This document shows, piece by piece, positions 12,814 through 24,410 of a DNA stretch of 64,000 bases. This stretch comes from Bilabrum cf. latius (Eukaryota): positions 496,001-560,000 of the forward strand of contig OZ237764.1 in assembly GCA_965178125.1 (NCBI GenBank), given 5' to 3'. Each line of letters begins with the position of its first letter. The first letter of the stretch is position 1. The position numbers were made by a program, and so were the translations under genes. Below the pieces are notes generated by a model, which made no database searches, was not told the DNA's origin, and was given only the letters and a program-made list of their open reading frames with translations.

Positions 12814-15800
12814 ATGGCTTGGCGCTCTATCACCATGGTGCTTGCCACAGAACTGTTGAGTACTGCAGCTCAAGACATCGTGGTATAGCGAAAGGTATGA
12901 TGTTTTATGCCGTTATATGCCATATTTTATATTGAATGCAGTGTATGTTGTCCAAAGACCATCATATGGATGCTTGCCTTCGCAGATGAGCGCCGGAGAT
13001 GCTCACGCATGCGTTGTCTCCTCAGCTCTATCGGGAATTGACCGGATTGTCTGCTGGGGTGATGGGTCGGATTTGAAGACACTTAGCTAGTCTGGATCAT
13101 ACGCTGACGTGAGGGCGCCAGGAAACTGCATTCATTCACAAGGTCGTGAATACACTCGAACGCATGATGTCTATTGTGTAGCCGCTCGCCAGATTCTACT
13201 TTTCTTTCAGGTATCTTGCGGACGGGATTTTTGTTGTGCTGTATCCACAAGTGGTGCTCTAGACTGCTGGGGTAAGTCGGACATTCGCCCGCCTGGGGGT
13301 ACGACAGCCGATGATGTTGACCTCGGCCAAGACCGGCCTGGGGAATATTCGACAGTATCATGCGGCCAGAGTCATGGATGTGCGATAGAGAAGAATACAG
13401 GTAACTCAGTTTGCTGGGGACTACTAGAGGATCGTGCATAGGCCAATACGACGGGTAATTTCGTGCAGGTGAGCCATCGCAACATGCCATTCGAGGTCAA
13501 TTGAGTATAGTGCCGCTGGGGCCCGCCGCAACAGGACATCGCCTGTAGTACGCTTCAGATTACCGCACGAATGATACGCATGTGCCACATACCACTCGTG
13601 TATCGCAGGTGGCTGCTGGCCCCGAGTACACCCTCCTACTTGACGCCGACACGGGCGATTTGGATGCATCCGTGGGCCCCCAGGACTGGCTGGTACCACC
13701 GTACAAGGTGCATGCGGTGAGAAGGCGTTCGAGTCGCTGTGATTATCCTGCGCCCTGCTGCATTAAAGGGGATGGTGCATGCCGCCCAGCTGTTCTTTGG
13801 GTATGGTCCGCGATGCCTTGCTTGCTTGCGCAACCCGCCACACAATATATTATTTTTTACTATTCTCTACTTCCCAGGTAAGCGCATCCCATGCCGTGGC
13901 ATGCGGCATCGAACAGGGCACTCTGGATATCAGGTGCTGGGGAAACACGTCCGACCATCACCCGGCGCACATCGACGGCGACTTCTTCGACGTGAGATGC
14001 AGTGCAGTGCAGTGCAGTACAATGCAGTGCAAAACAATGCAGCCTAGCTAACCCCAATGGATTCTGAACCGACCAACTACAGTCAATGGTCGTGCTCGAC
14101 TGGACGCCTCCTCTGTTTGCCTCCTGCTGCCTACGCACCACAGCTCGATGCCAGCGGGAGCACCCACCTCTGTGCCCTCGAGGTTGCAACCGGCAACGCT
14201 CGGTGCTGGGGCACTGCCGCCGGCAAGGCAGTCCCGGAGCGGATCTACGGCAAGTACACCGAAGTTGCCTCCGGTCTTGATTTCTTCTGTCTCCTGGATG
14301 ACACGCCGGACCAGCTCATCGGCTGCTTCGGTGACGGCAGCGATCCCGCTGTGACCCCCGACACCCTGCACACCAACTTTGGCGCCTACAGCCTCGACGA
14401 TGCACTCGTCACACCCACGCCAGGTCCCGTGCAGATCAATCCGATCCCCGGCTCCGGATCCGCCCTGGGTGACGCATCGGGGCCCTCCTTCCTCGCAGGG
14501 CTGGTCGCAATACCCACCGACTCCGAGCAGGACGAGGACGAGCACATGCTGCTGGTGTCAAGCAGCCTCGGCGCAGAAGTCAGGAGGGTGACCCACGACA
14601 AGGAGCAGCACGCCCCCGACGGAGTGCTCCGGAATATCAGATCAGCTCCCAAAGTGCTCGCTACTTCCCCGTCCATCGGGCAGGGCAGCTGCTTTGCCCC
14701 AGTGGGCGACGTAGACGGAGACGGCGCATCCATCGAGGTGCTGGTGGGGGAGCAGGACAAGGGCTTGGACACCGGCGGTATCCGGATCGATTCCATCCGG
14801 GTGACGTCATAGGGCGCCTATGAGCAGATTGACTCGACGGATCTGCGACCAACCGGGCTAACGGAGTGGCCAGAGTCGTTCGGCGCATCGTGCGCCCACC
14901 TGGGTCCGGCGGGGGGCATGAACGCCCCGGTGGTGGCCGCGGTGGGTGCCCCGCAGGAGGATTTCTTCAACGGTAACGTGTACATCGTCAGCCTGCAGGT
15001 ACCTCACGCGGGTGTGACGAGTGTTTCAGGCAGTGTGACGAGTGCGAACGTCCTCGGCTGGATCGAGGATCCTGAGGGTGCCTCTGGCAGCATGTTCGGG
15101 GCCGCGGTGGTAAACCTTGGCTTGGTTCAAACCACGAGTGCGGGAGCTGCCGTGAGCATGCAGCCGGATGCTGCCGTTGAGGTGGAGCTGGCAGTTGGTG
15201 CGCCTCTCTGGGCCGATGAGGATGACCTGGGTGATACCAGCACAGCTGGCGGGCTGTACGTGCTGCGGGCCCACCTGCCCACCGCTGTACTGGGTGCTCC
15301 TTCGAAGCTTACGGTGTCCAGCTACGTGGCCATCTCGCCTTACAGGCAGCCGTCGGCGTTCAGCGCGCTACGAGGCTCGCAATTCTCGTCGGCCGAACTC
15401 GGCGCGTCGATCGCTTTGGTTGGATTCCAAGATGCCGCCCAGCAGACGGTGCTGCTGGTGGGTGCACCCAATGCTAACTTCGGGCAAGGTGCCGTCTTTG
15501 AGGTGGGAATCTCGTCTGATCATACCGCGGTTGCAATGAGACAGGTCATCGCAGGACCCACCGGTGCTCGGTTCAACGGGAGCACCTCGTTTCCGTTGGA
15601 CTGCCAGTTCGGCGCTTCCCTGCACACGGTCGCGTCAACCTCGCTGAGTCTGGGGGAACAATCCATGGCGGCAGTGGCGGGGTTCCGAGGCAGCGATGAA
15701 GAGACTCTGCAATGCCCTGCAGGCACGGCCGATCGCCTGTGGTTCTGGACCGTAAACTCAACGGATCTATCCTCCACGGCGGGCTGGGCCGACGGCGCTG

Positions 15801-18800
15801 CTGCGGAGCCAGATCCGAGGGACTGCATGACGACCGGCACTCGTCACACCTGTCACAACGCACTCATCACATCATCCGGCATGACGAACACGATCGCCGT
15901 CACGTCGGGCGCTGTTGCTTCGTGCCACGCTGCCTCGGAATTCCGGTCTGGCACTCTGCACCCCGACTCGCTGGTGTACTCTGTGGCGCGTGCGGGATGC
16001 GAGACAACGGGGGCGGGCATCGCGGACGTTGGCGGCGGCGGGTCAAATCCCGGCGCAGCCACGCGTGAGCACGGTGGCATCGCTTGGGTGGGACCTGCAC
16101 TGCCTTGCAGCGCAGCGGTAGCGCCCGGAGCGCGCGGTCAGGACGTGCTGCCCGAGGCGGGGTCGGAGCCGAGCTCCTGCGAGGCGGCAGCTGGCTCCGG
16201 GTCCTCGTCTGCCGGTGCCATCCGCGTGGTGCTGCGGAGGCAGTCGAGCACCGAGCACAGCAAGTGGAGCTCGGGAGCTCCAAGGCCGTCTGAGCTGCAC
16301 CGGGTGCAGGAAAAGGCGCGGGTGTGGGTGGGCGGCCTCCGCTGCCCCGTGGTGTCCTTCCAAAGTGGTGCCACGGAGGACCACATCACCTGCATCCCGT
16401 CCACATTATTGGCTCCGGGTCTCGCCCATGTGTCCGTTCAGTTGTCCTACGGGTACTTTAGCGGCAGCGACGCGAGCTAGACGTCGGCGGTAGCTGCGGC
16501 AGCCAGCGTGGGGCAAGGCATCCCACCATGCGAGGCGGCGCTTAGGAGCCTCGCCGGCGAGACGCTGGCTCCACCGGTGGACGCAGCCATACCATGCGTG
16601 GCGATTGGATTCGCGGGTCCCATGCAGCTGTCGCTTTCCGTGACGGCTGCAGCTGGGGATCGATTCACTCGCGTGCTGCCGTCTGGCCCCGGGCTGCAGC
16701 TGTACGGGCAGCTGGTCCAAGAAGAAGAGGAGCTAGCTGCCGCGGCCTCCTCTTCACCTGATCCGGAGGGCGCCATTCCAGGGAATGATGACCTGCCGTG
16801 GGCTGCGGGCGAGTCACTCGTCACACGGGAGCTGCGGTCCCAGCGCCAGATGTTGGGGCTGTCCATCGGGTATGGGGTTGCTGGCACGATCAGCATGCCC
16901 GATGGGATGGGGAGTGCGGTGGCCGAAAACCGTGCGGCGGGTGGTCCGTACAGCATGTACGCCGAGCTGCCCGGACTCGGGGGCCGGATCGCAGCTCGCG
17001 TGTACGCCACCACGGACGGCAATGCAACCGTGCAGTGGGTGTCGTATCCGGAGCCGGATCTGCAGGTGGCCATCCCCAGCCTGGTTGAGCTACCTGAGAT
17101 GCTATTGGGCCTGGATGACCCTTCCCTTGTGAAGCACTTTTCGTTCGAAGGCAACCACTTCGGGCCGTCTGGTTTGGTCACCACTATCCCAGACGCGCTG
17201 CCGCTGCCCTCTGTCACCGTGGGTGATGCTCCCTGCGGCAACCTCACCATCGTATCGCACACCAGGCTAACGTGCAGCTCCCGTCCCAACCTGGTTCGAA
17301 GCGGCGACGTCGTCCTGTCGATGCCAGTGGGCCGAGTGCCCGATTGGGAGGCAGTAGGGTGGGAGCTTGTTCTCCAGGACTGGAATGTGACGAGTGCGGC
17401 GGCGGCGCAGGCAGCGATGATCAGCGCGCTGGAGTGGCAGTACGGCGATGAGGCGGGGGAGGGCAAGCCCCTGCAGGTGACAGCCGCTCTCATAGACGCC
17501 TTTGAGCCCGTGGTGGTTGCCAGCCAGCCCCGGGTGATCAGCCCCACGGGCGGGGAGCAGGTGCAGATGCTCGGGATCGATATAGGCACCCGGATGTCGG
17601 ACTACCTGGTCGGTGTGACGATTGACGGGATCAACTGTACCGGTGTGACGAGAGAGTCGGACCTTTCCATCCTATGCGTCGCAGGGGGTGGGTCGGGCGG
17701 ACCGGGCTCTGTGGCTCTTGAGACCGTGTTCGGGTGGACTAGCCAGGGTCCGGATGCGGTGGTGCTGTACTCGCCTCCTGTCGTCACATCACTCGTCACA
17801 TCCCCCACGGCGGTGTTCAACGCACGGGATGTCGAGTACAACGTGACGGTGACGGGGCGGCACTTTGGAGTGCCCGTGGTGGGCCAGGCATCGGAGGGAA
17901 GCGAGGCCGTGGTGGGCGCGAGCATGGGTGGCGTGGCCTGCCCGCGCGTTGTGGTGGAGAGCGACACCCAGCTGCAGTGCATTGGGGTGCAGCCGCCCTG
18001 GACCACGGGCAACTTCGATGCTGTGGTCACTCTGGGCACCAACACCGGCAATGGAGCAGGCCTGTTCCAATACCAGCCGCCTGTTGTAGTCTCTGCAGCA
18101 AGCCCACCGACCGTGGTTGCCGGCGAGGTTCTCACGATCACGGGGGCCGGGCTGGGCAGCCAGGCCACCATCGAGTCTGTCACCGTGGGCCCCTACCCAT
18201 GCCTCCTTGTGGCAGTGTCAGCGGCTGGCGACGCGATCCAGTGCAGGGCAATGGGCGTCGGCTCCGGCCACAAGGTGTCGGTCACTGTGCAGCAGAATGG
18301 ATTCAATGATCCAGCGACGGCCCCAACGGTCGCATTTGCCGCGCCGTCCATAGCAAAGGCAAGCATTGTTCAGACTAGCTTGTCCTCTATTTCGTCGACT
18401 AGATCCTCAGCATCGGCGGGTGATGCAGGACTGCCCAGGCCGTTCCTGTTCATCGACGAGTCCAGTGCAGTGGTTTCTCTGGAAATAGCCAACGCGGGGT
18501 GGGACCTAAGCCAGTGGGACCCTGCGCACACACCCAGCGGTGCACTCGTCACACTTGACACGGGGAGTGCCAAGATCCCGTGCACGGGGCTTGTTCGAAC
18601 GGACAGCCGGCCTGCGCTTGCATTGGGCGCGCTTCCCGCCCAGAACAATTCCATCGTTCGGGTCAACTGCACCGTGGACTGGGCTGCTGCCAACCCGTCC
18701 ATCGGAGCGACAGAGCCGGGCGTGACGATTCCAGCCACAGTGCAACTGTCGGTGGGCGGGCAGGCAGGTACCGGGTCCCTGGCCCAAGCGGACATCGAGA

Positions 18801-21800
18801 CTGTTCAATCGTCACAGCAGGTGCCCCAGGGGGGCGGTCTCGTCCTCGTCGGGCGGCCCTCCGTTTTGCTGGCATTGCCCAACTCGTTTCCCACGTCTGG
18901 TTCTGCAGCCGCTGCCGTGTCAAATGCGGCTCGGCTCGCCCAGCTCAGGTCGAATGTCACGGCAACCCCCCTGCAGCAGCTGCGGGCACTGGCTGACCTG
19001 GCGGCCCAGGAAAACGCACAAGCACGAAGCGAAACGTCTCGGCTGTTAGAAGCTACCGTGGGTCTCGATAGGCAGTTGCAGACAGCAACCACCAGCAACA
19101 CCAGCAGCGTGTTGTCCGACTCAGACCCGCAGGTGCAGGCTGCCGCTCCCACGCTGTTGGCGGAGTCCTTCGATGCCGGCCTGCTCGTCATACAGGGGTC
19201 GAATTTCGGCTCCGGACCATGGGCGGTCAAGGCTGTCAAGCTGGGCGAGGTGGTGAGCAGGGTCGTGGTGTGGGTGTCACCGGGTGAGCTGCTCGCCTAC
19301 TGCGAGCCGGGAGTGGGCAGCGGCGTGGTGACGTCGGTGGAGACGTTCGGTGGGGTGTCGATTTCTGCGGGGACGAACGACGTTCGTGCGATTGCGGGCG
19401 CTTCCATCACGTATGACCGTCCATTGGTGGATTTTGTGACTCCTGCATCCGCCATCGTGGGTCCATTGCTTGTCGAATCATTCCGCCTCACCGGCCAGCA
19501 CTTTGGGTTCAAGCAGACCGACATCGAGAGCGTGAGCGTGGGAGGTCAGCCGTGCGACAGCTTTGCGTGGATATCGCCCAGCCAGATCAACTGCTTCAAC
19601 GCGTCGGGCGCCAGCTGGCCTGGAGGCAGGAACGTGGAGGTGACGGTGGCGGGGCAGACCAGCCGGTCCAACCGCGCCTTCGAGCCCTTGGGGGAGCCAC
19701 TCGTCACAGGGGTGTCGCCGTCCAGCGGCATCGCCGGGTCGAGGATTTTGGTCTCCGGTGAGAACTTCGGTGACTTCAGCGGTGATGTGACGAGTGTGCA
19801 GCTGGGCTCAGCCGAGTGCCTAAGCGTCACCCATATCAGCCGAACAGCGGTAGAGTGCGTCGTTCCCGACCTAGCCGGCGCCACGCAGGACGCGGAACTT
19901 GCGGTTACCGTCACCACCCGAGCCGGTGTGACGAGTGCGGAAACGATCGACACTCCCACCTTCCAGTTCGCCCAGGGCATCGACCCGCCCGCTCACGTGC
20001 CCGAGGGCCTCCTGGCGTGGCGGGATGCAGCCGACGCCATCGTCGTCCGGTGGGCGTACCCGGACCCCGTCTCGGTCGCGACTCAGTCTACGACGCAGAC
20101 AGGAGCGGCAGCGGAGGAGCTCGACGGTTTCTAGGTAGAGGTGGCGGTGGCGGAGTCGGACGCGGCTCCTGCCTCGGTCTCTTCAAACAGCACGTCGCTT
20201 TTCGTCGCTGGGATGACCGACCTTGTTTCCATCCAGACCGGGAGTATCAGCAACCTGACCATGTACCAGTTCACCATCCCGTCGACTTCCATCAAGCCGG
20301 TGCACCTACGTGTCGCTGCGAGAAACTAGGGCGGTGTTGGCTCGTCCTCCGCTTGGACCCCACCAGTCCACCAATGGTGCGGCGACAACCAGTACCTGTC
20401 TACTCAGTTGGGCACGATCGATTGGGCATGCAGGCCTTGCGATCCCCAGGTGGCCGTGTGCGATGGCGGGTCTAGCTTTGGCGTGGCCTCTCAGCCCGGC
20501 TTCTTCCGGCTGCCTTGGACCCCCGGCAGGCTGGGCTTCGTGGAGTGCCCGAGGCCCGAATCCTGCCTTAGCACCCAGACCGGGACAGGGTTACGGGCGC
20601 TCGTCATGCGGCTTGCAGGCGGTGTCGTGCAGGCGCCATCCCGCGGCACCGGCGGTCCTACGCTGGAGCAGGTGTATGGGCTCCAGCCCGCGCCTGCCTT
20701 CCTGGGAGAGCGAAGGAGCAGCCTCATCCGTAAGCTGGTGGCGCTCGGGGTAGTGCCTCCTGACTACGAAGATGAAGATCTAGAGGTACCCGAAGAGCTG
20801 TCGGATCTTGCCGAAGAGCCGTTCAGCCGACAGCTCAGGGTGTACTCTGGCCTGACTGCCGATCAGCTTGTGCAGCAAGGCATGCCTAGGTGGGTAGGAG
20901 AGACGTGTGCAGAGGGCTACGAGGGCCTGCTGTGCAAGCGGTGCTCGGCTGGATACACGCCGTTTGGGGCGCATGTGTGCAGGAAGTGTAGGACGGGAGG
21001 GCTCGTGATTGCCTATGCCGCTGCGATGATCCTCATCGTGATCGTTGCTACCATCTTCATCGGTTTGAACGCGCTCAAGAACGGCGGTCAGCAGCTGGCA
21101 AAGCTGACGATTGAGGCCCAGTACGAGCAGGACGTCGCCCGCATGGAAGTGTTCGGTGATTTATTCGGGGCAGGGGCCAAGGAGTTCCGTGCCAGGGAGT
21201 AGAAACACGATGACATGGCTGCGGTGCTCCACAGGCGAGCGGCGGCAGGCGGCTCGATGGGCCAGGGCCTGCCTCCGGAGTGGAGGGAGCAGCTCAAGGA
21301 GATCCTAAAGGTGAGGGAGAGCGAGGTGGACAAGCTGTCCAAGAAGAAATCGCTCGTCACCGCCATCAAGATCCTCTTCTCCCACATCCAGGTAGTGTCC
21401 ATCGCCAACTCATTCGACCTGCGCTGGCCGACTGCAGTCGTCAGGATGTTCGAGTCCATGGAGATCGCATCGAGCGCCGCTTCGGAGGTATTTAGCGTGA
21501 ACTGCCTGCTAACCGAGTCGGTGGACGACGAAGCGTACGCCCAGCTGATCGAACCGTACGACGGTAACGCCACGGCCGACTTGGTACCGTACGACCGCGG
21601 TGCCCAGGACTGGGTTGGCATGCGGGCCGCGGACGTGTCGAACCATTCGTAGCTGCTCACCAGGCACGAAGCCGCCATGCTTGACCCTGCCGCCACTGTA
21701 GGTGCGGGCCGGTACATGCCCCTAGGCTCGACCTACTTCCTGCGCACTCTGCTGGTGCAGCTCAGCCCGTTCTTCCTTGCGCTTGCGCTGGCCTTATTCT

Positions 21801-24169
21801 GGTTGACGATCGATGCGGTGGATGGCTGTCTGTATGAGCCCATCAGCGATGAAGATGACGAGGACGCGCTGAGGGATGCTGCGCAGAAAGCGCTGGGAAC
21901 TGAAGACTCTCACGAGGAAGAGGAAGAGAAGCTAGAGATTGATGGAAACGAGGAGGAAGCAGGCGATGATGTGGCTGTAACACAGCCTGGTCTTGCGAGA
22001 ACTAGACCTGCATCGGCCGATGCAAAAAAGACCCCCACAGATCCAGCATCTATGCCTGCCCGCAGCTTGCCGTCAGACACTGACCCAAAGGTGGCTGCCA
22101 GCCCTGGGGACAGCCGGGTGGCACGGCCCCCACCCGCGCGTCGGTTCTTCTCCGCCACAAGCCCGGGCGCAGCTGCGACATCCCCTGCCTCCCCCGGGCC
22201 GGCCACGACATCCGTCACGCCCATCGGCAAGCTCAGGGCAGCAGCCATTCTAATGCAAAAATACAAGAGGCTGTAGGCGAAGCAGCAGCAGAAGAGGGAC
22301 AAGGCCATGCAGGATGGTCTCGCAGCTGTGTCGGGCGCAAAACCTCCGCATGACTTGGCCCAGAACCACAGAGGTGATGTGGCAAGTGGCGAACATGCAA
22401 AGCGCACACAGAGCGGTGGCATCGCGGTGTCTCGGGCGGCATCCTTCGCGAGCACCCCAGAGGAAGCAGAGGCGGCCGCTGGGTCACGGCACGCAGAGGT
22501 ACAGGTGGAGCTTGCGAGCCACGGAGCCGCATCCGGAGGTATCGATCAGCTGCACGAGTCGCCTGTAGTGGCATGGCAACCGTCGCCCGGACACGCCGGT
22601 GACGACTCGCACGCGTCACACCCAGGCCTCGGAGCAGGAGCTGCAGGTGCAGGTGAAGGTGCAGGTGCAGGTGCAGGTGCAGGTGCAGGTGCAGGTGCAG
22701 GTGCAGGTGCAGGTGCAGGTGCCAGCGCGAATCAAAAGATCCCAACTGCAATAGAAGGCGTAGGATTTCCCCTTTCTTCTAGAGCAGCACTGGACGGTCC
22801 CAACAGTGGCGACGCTTCCAGTGCTGCTACATCGCCGCAGACGCAGAAGAGCAGGAGACTCAGGTCGAGCGTGTTTGTGGCGATTGCTAGGACCCTGGGC
22901 CTGCTGGCGGCAGCACCGTCTACAAGCAGAAACACCAGCTCACCGCCAAGCGGCTCAATCCCACGCGGATAGGCCGATAGTGACGGTATCTCCCCGATTG
23001 CTCAGCTTGCGGCCGGGCGGGTCAGTTCAGCTACGTCCAGCACCTCCAACGGGGCACAGGAGAACTACGGTGGTGAGGACGATGTGCAGCATGAGTGCTT
23101 CTGCCTGGCATCGCATAGGCGGACTGGAAGCGTCATGGAGTGCATTGGTATCCCCCTGATCGTGATGCGGCTGTCTCTCTTCACCAGGTTCATGTCAGGC
23201 GTCATCGTGGTTGCTTTCCTGATCCACCTGACGCTCACCAGCGCCGGCTTCGGGCTGCTAACATGCAGGGACATTGAGCCGTCGGCTGACTTGTCAGCTG
23301 GACTACCAGCCGGCGATCTGTCCAGCGACGTCTACAGCAGCGCTTCGGTCCCCGACACGTGCCCATCTGGGTTCGAGTCTCGGAGGCTTGTGCTGGACCT
23401 GGACGTGTGCTGCCACAACACCGAAGCCCTGACCTTCATGTATGGCCTTGGCATGCCGAGCATCTTCCTCTTTGCTCTGGGGATTCCAGGCTTCGCGGGG
23501 CTGTACATGTACGTTGTGCGGCAGCGTCTGGACGATGCAGATGTGGTTGCCACGCTCGGCTTTTTCATGTCTGGGTTCAAGCGCGAGACGTTCTACTGGG
23601 AGGTCATGATCATGCTGAGGAAGCTGGCCATAGTGGCCATCACTGTGGTGGTAGAGCCGTGGGGGGTGCAGGTCCAGACCTACTCGGCGCTGGCCGTCCT
23701 CTTCGCCTCTAGCATCATACATGCGCTGTACAAGCCGTACAAGCTCACCGAGCTCAACAATCTGGAGCTGGTGGCCCTGTGCGGCGAATTTATCACATTC
23801 GTGGCCGGTTTGTTCATCAACGACGATAACTCCGGGAACCTGGCTAAAGTGGTTGCAACCATGATCTTGTTCATCGCCAACGTGATGGTGTTCGCAGCAG
23901 TGATCTGGCTTGCTTGGCCGCTGCTGACTAGGTGCCTGGCACAGGTGCCCTTGTGCCAGAGGTTCTGCAGCTGCTGCCTGCCCCTGCCCACGTCTGTGCG
24001 AAGGACGCGCCTGAGGAAGGCAAAGGCCAGTCGCCGGCTGAAAATCGGTGAGATTCAGGATGAGGATGGTACTGACGAGGTTGAGGAGCAGAGCTAGCAG
24101 GATGGCAGTGCACAACAGCAGGAGGTGGGTGCGAGTAGGAATGGTGCCATCGAAGGGGCTCAAACCTAA
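12814..24169 (+). CDS. ~3,570-aa cell-surface receptor/adhesin-like protein: signal peptide, RCC1/crinkly-like repeats, FG-GAP (integrin-alpha) repeats, multiple IPT/TIG domains, FN3, Cys-rich region, C-terminal multi-pass TM domain
   Basis: Predicted exons 12814-12894, 12986-13108, 13211-13468, 13609-13716, 13878-13991, 14144-24169 (GT-AG introns, all phase 0). Motifs: C-x(~10)-CWG blades; FAPVGDVDGDG..VLVG; LGASIAL..LLVGAP; VTVGDAPC..SHTRLTC; VRWAYP..LRVAARN; CAEGYEGLLCKRCSAGY; FYWEVMIMLRK..KPYK. 12 in-frame TAGs; terminates at TAA 24167-24169. Confidence 0.8.
13997..14042 (+). repeat. Intronic (TGCAG)n pentanucleotide repeat
   Basis: atgcagtgcagtgcagtgcagtacaatgcagtgcaaaacaatgcag inside predicted intron 5. 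Confidence 0.8.
22643..22720 (+). repeat. Coding (GCAGGT)n microsatellite encoding (AG)n
   Basis: About 13 tandem hexamers directly visible. Confidence 0.95.
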
Positions 24170-24410
24170 CCCTAACCCTAACCCGAATCCAAATCAGATG
24201 ATCCAAATCCAAATCAGGATCGTAACCCTCAATGATAGACTGGCCATGCCTCCGAGGCCTAAATCCCAGATGGCGACGTAACGGGGACCAGGAGCGATCC
24301 GGAATCTGAATGACCCGCAGTGTGTCGGCTATCGAGGCTTGGGAAGCCCCATTCGGATGCACTTGATAATTGTACCCAAAGGTGCACGCACTGATGTTTC
24401 TTAAATTCAA

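Noticed and set aside
321-21360. CRISPR array or MITE family as the explanation of the GTGACGAG motif
   Set aside because: Copies are only 8-14 bp, irregularly spaced, in both orientations and inside exons, with no spacers, TIRs or TSDs. The context is eukaryotic and no cas genes were seen.
24163-24185. (CCCTAA)3 telomere-like tract
   Set aside because: Only about three units, decaying into CCAAAT variants and overlapping a stop codon/3' UTR. Too short to call a telomere or interstitial telomeric site.
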